Part shown: positions 51,217 to 64,000 of the stretch, in pieces
Layout: each line of letters begins with the position of its first letter
Position numbering within the stretch: the first letter of the stretch is position 1
Assembly (NCBI RefSeq): GCF_004010195.1
Contig: NC_057757.1
Coordinates: forward strand, 1,277,969-1,341,968
Direction of reading: 5' to 3'
DNA from: Chiloscyllium plagiosum
Lineage: Eukaryota
DNA: 64,000 nucleotides
Notes under the pieces: generated by a model
Told to the model about the DNA's origin: nothing
What the model saw: only the letters and a program-made list of their open reading frames with translations
Database searches by the model: none
Program-made: the position numbers and the translations under genes

Positions 51217-52887
51217 GTCATAGAGTCGTGGAGATGTACAGCATGGAAACAGACCCTTCGGTCCAACTTGTCAGTGCCGACCAGATATCCCAACCCAATC
51301 TAGTCCCACCTCCCAGCACCCGGCCCATATCCCTCCAAACCTCAGACTGGAGGCCTTGGACTGGTGGAGTGCCATAAGGATCGATGTTGGGTCCACTACT
51401 TTTCATCATTTATATAAATGATTTGGATGTGAGCATAAGAGGTATGGTTAGTAAGTTTGCAGATGACACCAAAGTTGGATGTGTAGTGGACAGCAAACAA
51501 GCCAGCATTTCTTGCTTGTCCCTAGTTGCCCCTTGAAAAGATGGGGATGAGCTGCCTTCTTGAACTGCTGCAGTGCGTTTTCTGTAGGTTGACCAACAAT
51601 AATGCTGGGGAGGGAATTCCCAGATGTTGACCCTCCAGTCTATTCATATAACTATCCAGATGCCTTTAAAATGTTGCAATTGTACCAGCCTCCACCACTT
51701 CCTCTGGCAGCTCATTCCATACACGTACCCAGTCTCTGTGTGAAAATTTTGCCCTTTAGGTCTATTTTATATCTTTCCCCTCTCACCCTAAACCTATGTC
51801 CTATAGTTCTAGACTCCCCCACCCCAGGGAAAATACTTTGTTTATTTATCCTATCCATGCCCCTCATGATTTTGTAAACTTCTATAAGGTCACCTCTTAG
51901 CCTTCAACGCTCCAGGAAAAAAGCCCCAGCCTGTTCAGCCTCTCCCTATAGCTCAAACCCTCCAACCCTGGCAACATCCAGAATTGCATGCAATATTCTA
52001 ACAGTGGCCTAACCCAATGTCCTGTACAGCCACAACATGACCTCCCAACTCCTGTACTTAATACTCTGACCAATAAAAGAAAGCATACCAAACGCCTTCT
52101 TCACTATCCTACCTACCTGCGACTCCACTTTCAAGGAGTTATGAACCTGCACTCCAAGGTCTCTTTGTTCAGCAACACTCCCAAGGACCTTACCATCAAG
52201 TGTTATAAGTCCTGCTAAGATTTGCTTTCCCATAATGCCGCACCTCATATTTATCTAAATTACACTCCATCTACCACTTCTCAGCCCATTGGCCCATCTG
52301 ATCAAGATACCGTTGTAATCTGAGGTAATCTTGTTTGCTGTCCACTACACATCCAACTTTGGTGTCATCTGCAAACTTACTAACCATACCTCTTATGCTC
52401 AAATCCAAATCATTTATATAAATGATGAAAAGTAGTGGACCCAACATTGATCCTTATGGCACTCCACCGGTCAAAGGCCTCCAGTCTGAAAAACAACCCT
52501 CCACCACTACCTTTGTCTTCTACCTTTGAGCCAGTTCTGTATCCAAATGGCTAGTTCTCCCTGTATTCCATGAGATCTAATATTGCTAACCAGTATCCCA
52601 TGGGGAACTTTGTTGAATGTCTTACTGAAGTCCATATAGATCACATCTCCTGCTCTGCCCTCATCAATCCTCTTTGTTACTTCAAAAAACTCAGTCAAGT
52701 TTGTGAGACATGATTTCCCACACACAAAGCCATATTAACTATCCCTAACGAATCCTTGTCTTTCCAAACACATGTACATCCTGTCCCTCAGGATTCCCTC
52801 CAACAACTTGCCCACCACCGATGTCAAGCTCACTGGTCTGTAGCTCCCTGGCTTGTCCTTACCACCTTTCTTAAATAGTGGCACCAG
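51217..52887 (-). mobile_element. CR1 LINE 3' fragment containing a complex templated insertion at 51342-51630
   Basis: RT motifs on the minus strand, tail at 51217; the insertion is described in findings. Confidence 0.9.
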
Positions 52888-53063
52888 TGTTTTCTATAAA
52901 CTGGAAAACAGACTGCTAAACTTTGCACACTTTGATTAAATCATTCAGGTTTGTGGTGACCCTGGGAGTAGTGGGACAGGAGAATCAGTGCACTTTCTCC
53001 AGTTGTTCGTAACAAACTAAGCTGAGTCTGTGTGAAACTCATTTCACCCTTATACTTGGTAAA

Positions 53064-53380
53064 GATTAGATTACTTACGGTGTGGAAACAGGCCCTTCGG
53101 CCCAACAAGTCCACACCGACCTGCCGAAGCGCAACCCACCCAGACCCATTCCCCTACATTTACCCCTTCACTTAACACTACGGTAATTTAACTTGGCCAA
53201 TTCACCTAACCTGCACATTTTTGGACTGTGGGAGGAAACTGGAGCACCCGGAGGAAACCCACGCAGACACAGGGAGAACGTGCAAACTCCACACAGTCAG
53301 TCGCCTGAGGCGGGAATTGAACCTGGGTCTCTGGCGCTGTGAGGCAACAGTGCTAACCACTGTGCCACCGTGCCGCCCAC
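53064..53380 (-). mobile_element. HE1/V-SINE (young)
   Basis: Well-preserved A/B boxes, core and tail. Confidence 0.9.
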
Positions 53381-53514
53381 TGGAGATTTGTTTGTGTTGA
53401 CCTGAGCTTATTTCTGCTGGAGTTGCTGATTATATTACAGGGCTAGTAATCTCAAGGTCTGGAGGACAGGAGAGTACCCTAGTTGGAGTTTTTTTATGGC
53501 TGAGGCTTAGTGGA

Positions 53515-53905
53515 CAGCTGTCCTGCCTCCACATCAGAAGGCTACTGGCTCAGATTTCACTGCAGAAATTTAAGCACAACATCCAGCCTGAAGTAACAGT
53601 ACAGTTTGCAGTGCTATCAGTGACACTGCACTGTCTTTGGGACAAGATGTTAAACCGATATGTCTGTTCGCTCAGACAGTTGCAATAGCTCTCTCAGCAC
53701 TGTTTGAATTGCCTGGCCTTCACTAATATTGATCGATCAAATTCTCTGGTCATTTATTGAACTCCTGTTTTGCGGCAGCTTGCTATGCAGAAAATAGAAC
53801 CATTGTATTTTCTACTACAACATCTGACTTCCCAAAGTCCTTCAATGGCTGCAAAGTGTTTTGAGGTGTCCCAAAGTCATGAAAACAGAAGAGAAGTGCA
53901 GGAAA
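53515..53905 (+). mobile_element. Old SINE, possibly Deu-domain (SacSINE1-like)
   Basis: gatgttaaaccg..gcactgtttgaa..gcttgctatgc..ggctgcaaagtgttttgaggtgtcc; related decayed pieces near 32580, 35140, 39700 and 42950. Family assigned from memory. Confidence 0.45.
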
Positions 53906-53952
53906 GGAAAAAAAAAATTTTCCTTTTGTGGATTCATCCAATTTTATTCTTA

Positions 53953-55515
<1,563 letters not shown>

Positions 55516-57604
55516 TTATTTCCTAACTGTTTGATTCTCATACTACAACAACCTATATTTATACAGGGAAGCTTTAATGCAGTAAATGTCCTTAAGTATT
55601 TCAGAGTAATAATTATAAGACACAATCTGATATTGGGATAGCAGGCTAAAGGTTTGGTTAAAGAGTTAGGTTTTAAAAGAACATCTTAAAGGATAAGAGA
55701 GAAGGAAAGACACTGAGGTAGCAAAGGCTGGAATTGAATTTTGAAGGCGTGGCAGTCAGCAATGGTACATGCAAGAATCCAGAATTGGAATAGTGCAGAT
55801 TTTTTTAGTGATAAATCCTTCTTCTCGTAAGCCTTATTTGAACGGAAAGCCACCATTCTGTGAGAAAGGCAACATTGTAATATTCAGGGATACAGAGATT
55901 TCCTGCACTGAGGGCAGGGCTTGCTGCAAGGTTTTCGATAGGTCAATCAGGACAGATCAGGGGTCATTGGGCTGACAGTTGGAGAGAGACAGTGGATACC
56001 CTGTTAAGTGTTGATTTTTAGCTGTCATGCAAGAAAGGAGCCATACAGTTGGATGACTCTGTGCGATTAGACAAATTGTGGAGGTGGCAGTGTTAGACCG
56101 GGATGGGCTAAGTTAAAAATTACATGACACCAGGTTATAGTCCAACTGGTTTATTTGAAATCATAAGCTTGTATTTTCAAATAAACCCGTTGGACTATAA
56201 CCCGGTGTGTGATTTTCAACTCTGTTAGACAAACACGGAAGAAGTTAGAAGGTCACTCATTGTTTGGGTGAGCAGGTCGGAAGAAGCTTATGGGAATTAA
56301 CATGTCAGGGCAGCTGTAAGAGTGGATCTTGAAAAACTGTATTTGTTTCATGCAAGATTAGATCTCACAGAAAACACAGGGACAGGCTAAAACTTGGTGA
56401 AATTAGCTGTCACTGGGAAGGACTGGAATTATGCTTGTGATATAGTGTTTCAAACTGTAGTGTTTGTAATCTAAAGGGAGTGCGGACCCAGGACGGGACA
56501 GCTATCGAGGTACTCCATATCAGGACAGCTCCAGCCAAGAGAGTTTCACAGCCAGGACAGAAAAGTAAGACTTTGAAGACACTGTGAAATTCATGTTATG
56601 GAATGGGGGGTGTCTATCATATTTGTCTCAATTACACATGCTGTTTGATGTGCACTGTGGATTGTTTCATCACTGTAGGTCACCCATGTTTGCCACACAT
56701 TTATTCTGGCTGTTAGAAATTAGTTATTTATGCATTGAAGAATATATTTACTGTTACATGTTGTATCATAAAGGGAAAGTCATGGGAATGCTGAAAATCT
56801 GGGCAGTAAAAATGAGGGGAGTTCTGTTTATCTTCTTTAAAACTAATTTTTCCTTTACTAATTAGCAGAATATTGAAGGAAAAGTGCTTTTTTTCCCTGG
56901 GGGGGGTGAGGAGGGGGATGCAGTTGAACATGGAAGTTAGAGTACTATACCATCATCAAATACATGTCCAACCACACTTGGCAATGCTCGTTCTGATCAA
57001 AAATCTTAGGCCAGCTGATCAAACGTATGGTCAGGGAGATAGCTTTCCAGCACTGACCCATAGGAGGTGAGGCAGGCAGGTGAGGGATGGAGGCAGATGA
57101 AAGCACAGAATAGTGGGGCAAAGTAGAGTTAAGGATTATTAGTTCAGGCATGATCTTATTGAAGGGTGGAGCTTATTTGATGGGCTGAACGGCCCATTTC
57201 TGCTCTTATGTCTTATGACCTTAAAGTTATTGTGGATTCTATCAAGACCAAAACTAGAGGTAAGCGGAGATCTCAATATGTTATAAGCCTGGAGGGAATT
57301 GTAGAGATAGAAAAGAGTGTGACTCAGGCAGGATTTGAAAAACAAGAACAAGAATTTAAAAACTGAGCTGTTGCAGGACCAGGAGCTGTACGGGTACAGT
57401 TACAGGCAGAACAGTTTTAGACAAGCTTGGGTTTGTGAAAGTTAGAAAACGGGAACTTCTCTGAGATTCAAGAATCCGATCAAATTAACCATGTAGGACA
57501 AATTCCAGATCATAGTAAGAACCCTACCATTGGTATGAACTGACCCCACCCTCTCATCTCAATACTCATTCAGATGTGATCTTGACTGAACAACAAATGA
57601 GATA

Positions 57605-58640
57605 AAGAACTAAAACAGAAGTTGCTAGAAAAGCTCAGCAGGTCTAGCACCATTTGTGAAGAGAACTCAAAGTTAATGTTTCGGGTCTGGTGACCCTTCC
57701 TCAGAGCTGATGGAAACTAGGAAAATGTCCAAAGTTAAAAATCACACAACACCAGGTTATGGTCCAACAGGTTTATTTGGGAGCACACTAGCTTTCAAAG
57801 CGCTGCTCCTTTTTTCAGGTGTTTGTGATGAAGGAGCGTCGCTCCGAAAGCTAGTGCTTCCAAATAAACCTGTTGGACCATAACCTGGTGTTGTGTGATT
57901 TTTAACTTTGGACACCCCAATCCAACACCAGCATCTCCAAATTAGGAAAATGTTGGTTTATATGCAGCAGATAGGGTGAGGGAGGGTGAAGGAGTAAACA
58001 ATAGGTGGACTTGGAGTCCATAGAGAGACAGCTGTTGGACAGACAAAGGAGTCAATAACAATCCGTTTGGGTGAATAGCTGTTAGTGGAGAAACTGATAC
58101 TGGAATCTGCACTGAAAACAACAAATGCTAGAGATCACAGCAGGTCAGGCAGCATCCACGGAGATAGAGCAAGCTAACGTTTCAATTCTAGATGACTGTT
58201 GTTCATCTCTGGAAGACCCTGTAGCCCTCCAGACTCGAGATCGAGTTCAATAATTTTATGGACTGAGCTCTCCATGTGCTAAGCCCCCACCATACACACC
58301 AGGCCTTGTTATCATATAGCCATTATACATGACCTATTGTTAGCCACTAACAGTCTCCATTAACAGCTATGCACCCTCCCAGTCAGATCATTATCAATTC
58401 CTTTGTCTCTCTACTGGTTCTATCCCTACCTATTATTTACTTCTTACCCCTTCCCCCACCCTATCTGCTGCATATAAACCAATATTTTCCTAGCTACCAT
58501 CAGTTCTGAGGAAAAGTCACTGGACCCGAAACATTAACTTTGATTTCTCTTCACAGATGCTTCCAGACCTGCTTGAGCTTTTCCAGCAACTGTTGTTTTT
58601 ATTTCTGATTTACAGCACCCGCAGTTCTTTCGGTTTTTAT
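57605..58640. mobile_element. Nested Penelope-derived elements (outer element with inverted termini; inner palindromic element 57729-57942)
   Basis: Inner TSD taggaaaatgt at 57718-57728 and 57943-57953; decayed hammerhead cores at ~57675-57705 (-), ~57825-57856 (+), ~58505-58535 (+). Confidence 0.75.
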
Positions 58641-59129
58641 TTAAATGAGATAAGGAGATTGTTCAAAGCAAGTCTTGTATCCATTGGCTTCCTCAAAAGG
58701 TCGAGTCTTAATTCGTTTGACAGGATTCACCTTCTGATCTGCAAACGTCTCTTAAGGGCCTTGAACAGCTCCATGGTGATCATGGACTGAGTCCAAACTC
58801 AGCACTAGACATCACAAACCACCCCTCCGACAACACTAAACTTTTAGCTCTCTGATGTATGTCAAGTCTCCTCAAATTGATTCCAACACAATCCAGATGT
58901 CCTGAGTGAACTGTGAACCTAGAAGCTAGCACAGTGAAAGGTACAAGCAGGATCAGTTCATCCGTTCCTAATTAGCAGGAAAGGCCAAACAGGGCTGGTA
59001 TTCTATTCTCTAATAAAGTGAAGACAAAGATACATCCCAGTTAGAAGGAAAGACGCTAAGTGAAGGATAAACTATACCAACCAAGCAAGTTAAACAAAGT
59101 GTTAAGGTGAAAGAAAAAGACATTTATAG

Positions 59130-62100
59130 AGAGGCCAAAGTCAGTGATATCCCGAAGACTAGGATAAATTCGGAATCCAGCAAAGGAGATTTAACAAGAT
59201 CTCCGAGGAAGACTGGTGAGAAATTTTAAAAAACTGACAATAACTGCTTCTTTAAATATATAAAAAGAGAGGGATCATATGAACATAAGCCTCTTAGAAA
59301 ATAAACCAGGGCAGACTGTTTTAGGGACTTGGGGATAGTGAGAAGTACAGATGCTGGAGAGTCCGAGTGGATAAAGAGTGGAACCGGAAAAAGCACAGCG
59401 GGTGAAGCAGTGGCAGAGGAACGGGCAGTTGACGTTTCAGGTCGGAACCTGTTGAAAAGTTCCAATCTGAAACTTTAGCTCTCCTCCTCTGATGCTGCTT
59501 GACAAGACTGTTTTAGGGAACAAGGAAGTGGCAGAGGATTTAAACAGATATTTAGCATTAGTCTAATGGTGAAAGATACCTAAACATCTCATTAATATTA
59601 AAGAATACTGGGGAGGAATTAAGTACCACTACCGTCATTAGCAAGTTAGTATTAAACAAACTAATGGGGCGAAAAGCAGATTAGTCCCTGATGGCTTGCA
59701 TCCGAGAATCCTAAAAGAGGTAGCTACAGAGATAATGAATGCATTGATTATAATTCTCCAAAAGTCCTTGGATTCTGGAGAAGATCCAGAAGATTGGAAG
59801 ACTGCCAACATGACACCCCTATTCAAAACATTTGCCTAATATGTATTGTTAGGAAAGCATTGGAATCAATTATTAAGGAATTAATAGCAGAACATTTGCA
59901 AAATCACAATAATCAGCTTGGCTTCATGAAAGGGAAATCATGCCTGATTAATTTATTAAAGCTTTTTGAGGAAATCTTAACCAAAGTGGATAGAATGGAA
60001 GCAGTTGATATATTGTATTTGGACTTTCAGAAGGCATTCAACAAGATACTTCACAAATAGGTTAAGTCATAATGTGAGAGACCATGGTGTTGGAGGTGAT
60101 ATATTCATATGGATAGAAAATTGACTGATGGATAGGAAACAGCGAATGGGGATGAGGAGTTCCTTTTCGGGCTGGTGACCTGTTACCAGTGCGGTTCCAC
60201 AGGGATCACTGCTGGGACCACAGCTGTATATGATATATTGTCATGATTTGGAGGAAGAAAGGGAATCTGCCAAATTTGCAGGTAACAAAAACAGATGGGA
60301 AGGCAGATTGTGAGAGAGATACAAGCACGTTATGGGGAGATATATTTTAGATTAGGTAAGTGGGCAAGAAGTTGGTAAATGTAGTATAATGTGGAAATGT
60401 GAAATTGTTCATTTTGATAGCGTGAACTAAAGACTGGAATATTATTTAAATAGAGAAAAACTGCAGAAAGGTGCAACACAAAAGGACTTGGAGGTAATTG
60501 TGCACAAAGCTCGTACACAGATGCAGGTCACTATAATCTTTTGGAGTTCCCGGAATACAGGAGTTGTATCTCAGTATTGGGAATTTCCTTATGTCTTTAA
60601 GAAGGTTGACTGAGGGAAACCAGGGAATTACAGACCTGTCCAACCTAACCTCTGTGTTGGGGAAATTGTTGGAGCTTTTCATCTAGAATAGGGTCACTGG
60701 TGACTTCGAAAAATTTTAGTTAAACAGGTACGGTCAGCATAGATTCATGAAGGGTAGGTCATGTCTGACAAACCTCAGAGATTATTGAAGGGATGACAAA
60801 GGTGGTGGACAGGGGTATGTTGATGGATGTCGAAAGTGCGGTGCTGGAATAGTACAGCTGGTCAGGCAGCATCCGAGGAGCAGGAGAATTGACATTTCAC
60901 CAGGTATGATGAAGCTCTTCACCATTCTTGACTCTGATCTCCAGCATCTGCAGTCCTCACTTTCTCCCGTATATTGATGGATGTTGTTTATGTGGACTTC
61001 ATAAAGTCTCACAGAAGAGACTGTTAGCTAAAGTGGAAGCCCCAAAAAATTGAGGGCAAATTACTGACATGGGATAGAAAATTGGTTGAGTGGCAGGAAG
61101 CAGAGAGTTGGAATAATGGGTAAGTACTCAAATTGCCAGGACATGAGGAGTGCTGTCAATCATTCACAATATTCATAAATTACTTTGATAATATTATTAA
61201 AAATCAAATATCCAAATTTTCTGATGACCTAAAATTGGGCAGTAATTGTAGACAGTGTTGATGGCGGCATAAAATTACAACAGGATATACACAGATTCGG
61301 TGAATTTGCAAAGTTGTGGCAGATGGATTTTAATAGAAGCAAATGTGAGGTTATCCATTTTGGACTGGAAAAGAATGGATTGGGGCATTAATTTGGAAGG
61401 CAGAAAGTTAAATGCAGTGGATGTTCAATAAGATTTGTGAGTTCAGTTGACTAGCTCTTTAAAATGCCATGAACAAGGATAGAAAATAGTCAAGAAGGCT
61501 AATGGCATGCTGGCTTCCATACCATTCCCCCAGACCTCCCCCTCACTGAGGACGAACAATCAGTCCTCAGCAAAGGACTCACCTTCATCCCGCTTTGCCC
61601 ACGCATCAATGAATTTAATACACGCTGTGACGTCGAACACTTCTTCCGCCGCCTCCGCCTCTGAGCTTACTTTTACAATCAGTACTCCCGCCCACCTTCC
61701 GAGGACCCCTTTGTCCACCTCCAACACACTCCATCCACCTCGACACCCCGCGCTGGCCTATTACCCGCCTTCGACCTCTTCATTTCCAACTGCCACCAAG
61801 ACATTAACGGCCTCAACCTCCCTCCNNNNNNNNNNNNNNNNNNNNNNNNNNNNNNNNNNNNNNNNNNNNNNNNNNNNNNNNNNNNNNNNNNNNNNNNNNN
61901 NNNNNNNNNNNNNNNNNNNNNNNNNNNNNNNNNNNNNNNNNNNNNNNNNNNNNNNNNNNNNNNNNNNNNNNNNNNNNNNNNNNNNNNNNNNNNNNNNNNN
62001 NNNNNNNNNNNNNNNNNNNNNNNNNNNNNNNNNNNNNNNNNNNNNNNNNNNNNNNNNNNNNNNNNNNNNNNNNNNNNNNNNNNNNNNNNNNNNNNNNNNN

Positions 62101-63860
62101 NNNNNNNNNNNNNNNNNNNNNNNNNNNNNNNNNNNNNNNNNNNNNNNNNNNNNNNNNNNNNNNNNNNNNNNNNNNNNTCCCTCACCACCAGACGCCTGGA
62201 GAAAGAACACCTCATCTTCTGCCTCGGAACACTTCAACCCCGGGGCATCAATGTGGACTTCACCAGTTTCCTCATTCCCCCTTCCCCTACCTCACCCCAG
62301 TTCCAAACTTTCAGCTCAGCACTGTCCCCATGACTTGTCTTACCTGCCTATCTTCTTTTCCACTTATCCACTCCACCCTCCTCCCTGACCTATCACCTCC
62401 ATCCCCTCCCCCACTCACCTATTGTACTCTATGCTACTTTCTCCCCAACCCCACCCTCCTCTCATTTATCTCTCCACTCTGCAGGCACTCTGCCTCTATT
62501 CCTGATGAAGGGCTTTTGCCCGAAAAGTCGATTTTCCTGCTCCTCGGATGCTGCCTGAACTGCTGTGCTTTTCCAGCACCACTCTAATCTCGAATCTGGT
62601 TTCCAGCATTTGCAGTCCTTGTTTTTACCTCCATATCTAAAGGGCTGGATTTATGAATGCAGATATTATGCTGCAGTTATACAACACACTAGTTAGACCC
62701 CACTTAAAGTACAATGAGCAGATCTTGGCACAACACCATAAGAAGGATACTTTGGCCTAGAGGGAGTTCAACGCAGGTTTGCAAGGATGTTACCTGGACT
62801 TCAGTGGTTACATTATGAGGAGGGATTAGGCAAATTAGGCCTTTATTCTCTAGAATTAAGAAGGTTAATTGGTGATCTAATTGAGGTGTTCAGGATATTA
62901 GCAGGGAAAGACAGGGTGGATAAAGATAAACTATTGCCACTGGTTGAAGATTCTAGAAATGGGGGCATAGTCTAAGAATTAAAGCCAGGCCATTCAGGAG
63001 AGATGTTAGAAAGTACTTCTACACACAAGGAGCACACAGGAGGTTTGGAACCCTCTTCCTCAAATGGTGGTCAATGCTCACTCAGTTGTTAAATTCCGAC
63101 TTAGACAATTTTTTTTATTAAGCAAGGATTATGGCCCCAAGCCAGGCACATGGTGTTAGGCCACAGATCAGCCTTGATCTGACGGAATGGCAGAGTTGGC
63201 GCAAGGGGCTGCATGGTTTCCTCCTGTTCCTATACTCCTAGTCAGGAAGGCTAATAGTGTTGGCATTGGAGAGTAAGAGTAGGGGAGCAACTGTACAATG
63301 TGCTGATGAAACTACATCTGGAGCACCGCGAGCAGTTTTGCTCCCCTTATTTAAGGAAAAATATCATTTCATTGGAGGCAGTTCATAGAAGGCTCACGAG
63401 GGTGACCATTTGCATGGGGTAGAGTCTTATGAACAAAGGCTAAACAGGTTGGGACTCAATTTACTGGAAATTCCAAGAATGAGAGATGATCTCATTGAAA
63501 TATATCAGATTCATAAGCGCTTGACAAGGTCAATGCTGACAGGATGTTTCCCCTCATGGGAGGGTCTTGGACAAGAGGACACTGTCTCAGAATAAATGGG
63601 CACCAATTTCAGCCTGAGATGAGGAGGAATTTCTTCTCTGAAAGAGTTGGAACTCCTTGCCAGAGAGAGCTGTGGTGGCAGAGTCTTTGTGTATATTTAA
63701 GGCTGAGATAGAGAGATTCTTGATCAATGGAGGAAATAAGGGTTATGAGGAAAATGCAGGAAAGTGGGTGTGAGGCATGTCAGATCAGCCATGAGCCTAT
63801 TGAAAGGCAGAGCAGGCTTGATGGGTCAAACCAAGTGCTCTGTTGCTATTTTAATGATCT
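59130..63860 (+). mobile_element. Cluster of older CR1 LINE fragments with nested Penelope insertions
   Basis: GFMKGKSCLINLL..LYLDFQKAF, KFSDD, RRLIGDLIEVF, CR1 tails at ~63235 and ~63860; small insertion 59328-59504 with TSD agactgttttaggga. Confidence 0.85.
61520..62630 (+). mobile_element. Penelope-like element spanning an assembly gap, inserted into a CR1
   Basis: LTEDEQSVLSKGLTFIP..FFRRLRL N-terminal motif; RRLEKEHLIFCLGTLQP.G.N end of GIY-YIG region; core ctgatgaagggcttttgcccgaaa at ~62502-62525. Confidence 0.88.
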
Positions 63861-64000
63861 GATGGCCTTTTGATAGGAGATTTGAATATTCAGAAGGAAT
63901 TTCTTAAGGGTTGGCATTAAGAAGTTGTTTCCATTTGTGTGAATACAACAACTAAGGCACTATAAATATCAGGTAGTCATTAGGGTTTGAGATATAAGGA

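Noticed and set aside
50786..53014. LTR-like sequence split by the CR1 and ending ..taaca (similar hints at 23064-23424 and 14618)
   Set aside because: I could not identify both termini or a TSD, so it was not called

Overview
Vertebrate (elasmobranch, shark-like) genomic DNA, very rich in repeats, with three assembly gaps (14665-15164, 20913-21030, 61826-62177). The taxon is inferred from the Torpedo-like AChE and the HE1-type SINEs. Host genes: (i) an isolated 3' coding exon of a GT31 beta-1,3-glycosyltransferase (+, ~11536-11978); (ii) a complete 5-exon ZNHIT1 (+, 20573-24526, 155 aa) preceded by a 49-bp minisatellite made of CCAAT boxes; (iii) the complete coding part of acetylcholinesterase ACHE (-, 55455-32149), with a large catalytic exon, a second constant exon, and both the H (GPI) and T terminal exons, plus a speculative third terminal exon. 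Repeats: an internally deleted epsilon-like endogenous retrovirus (~1204-6010), a solo LTR with 5-bp TSD, many CR1 fragments, older LINE and RTE fragments, HE1/V-SINEs, a Tc1/pogo-type MITE, and many Penelope-like elements whose termini carry minimal hammerhead ribozyme cores from several families. I found no convincing wholly new multi-gene system. The best leads are the hammerhead-bearing mini-elements, the CCAAT-array promoter, the ACHE terminal exon repertoire and the retroviral HxT motif. All calls were made by eye, without database searches.
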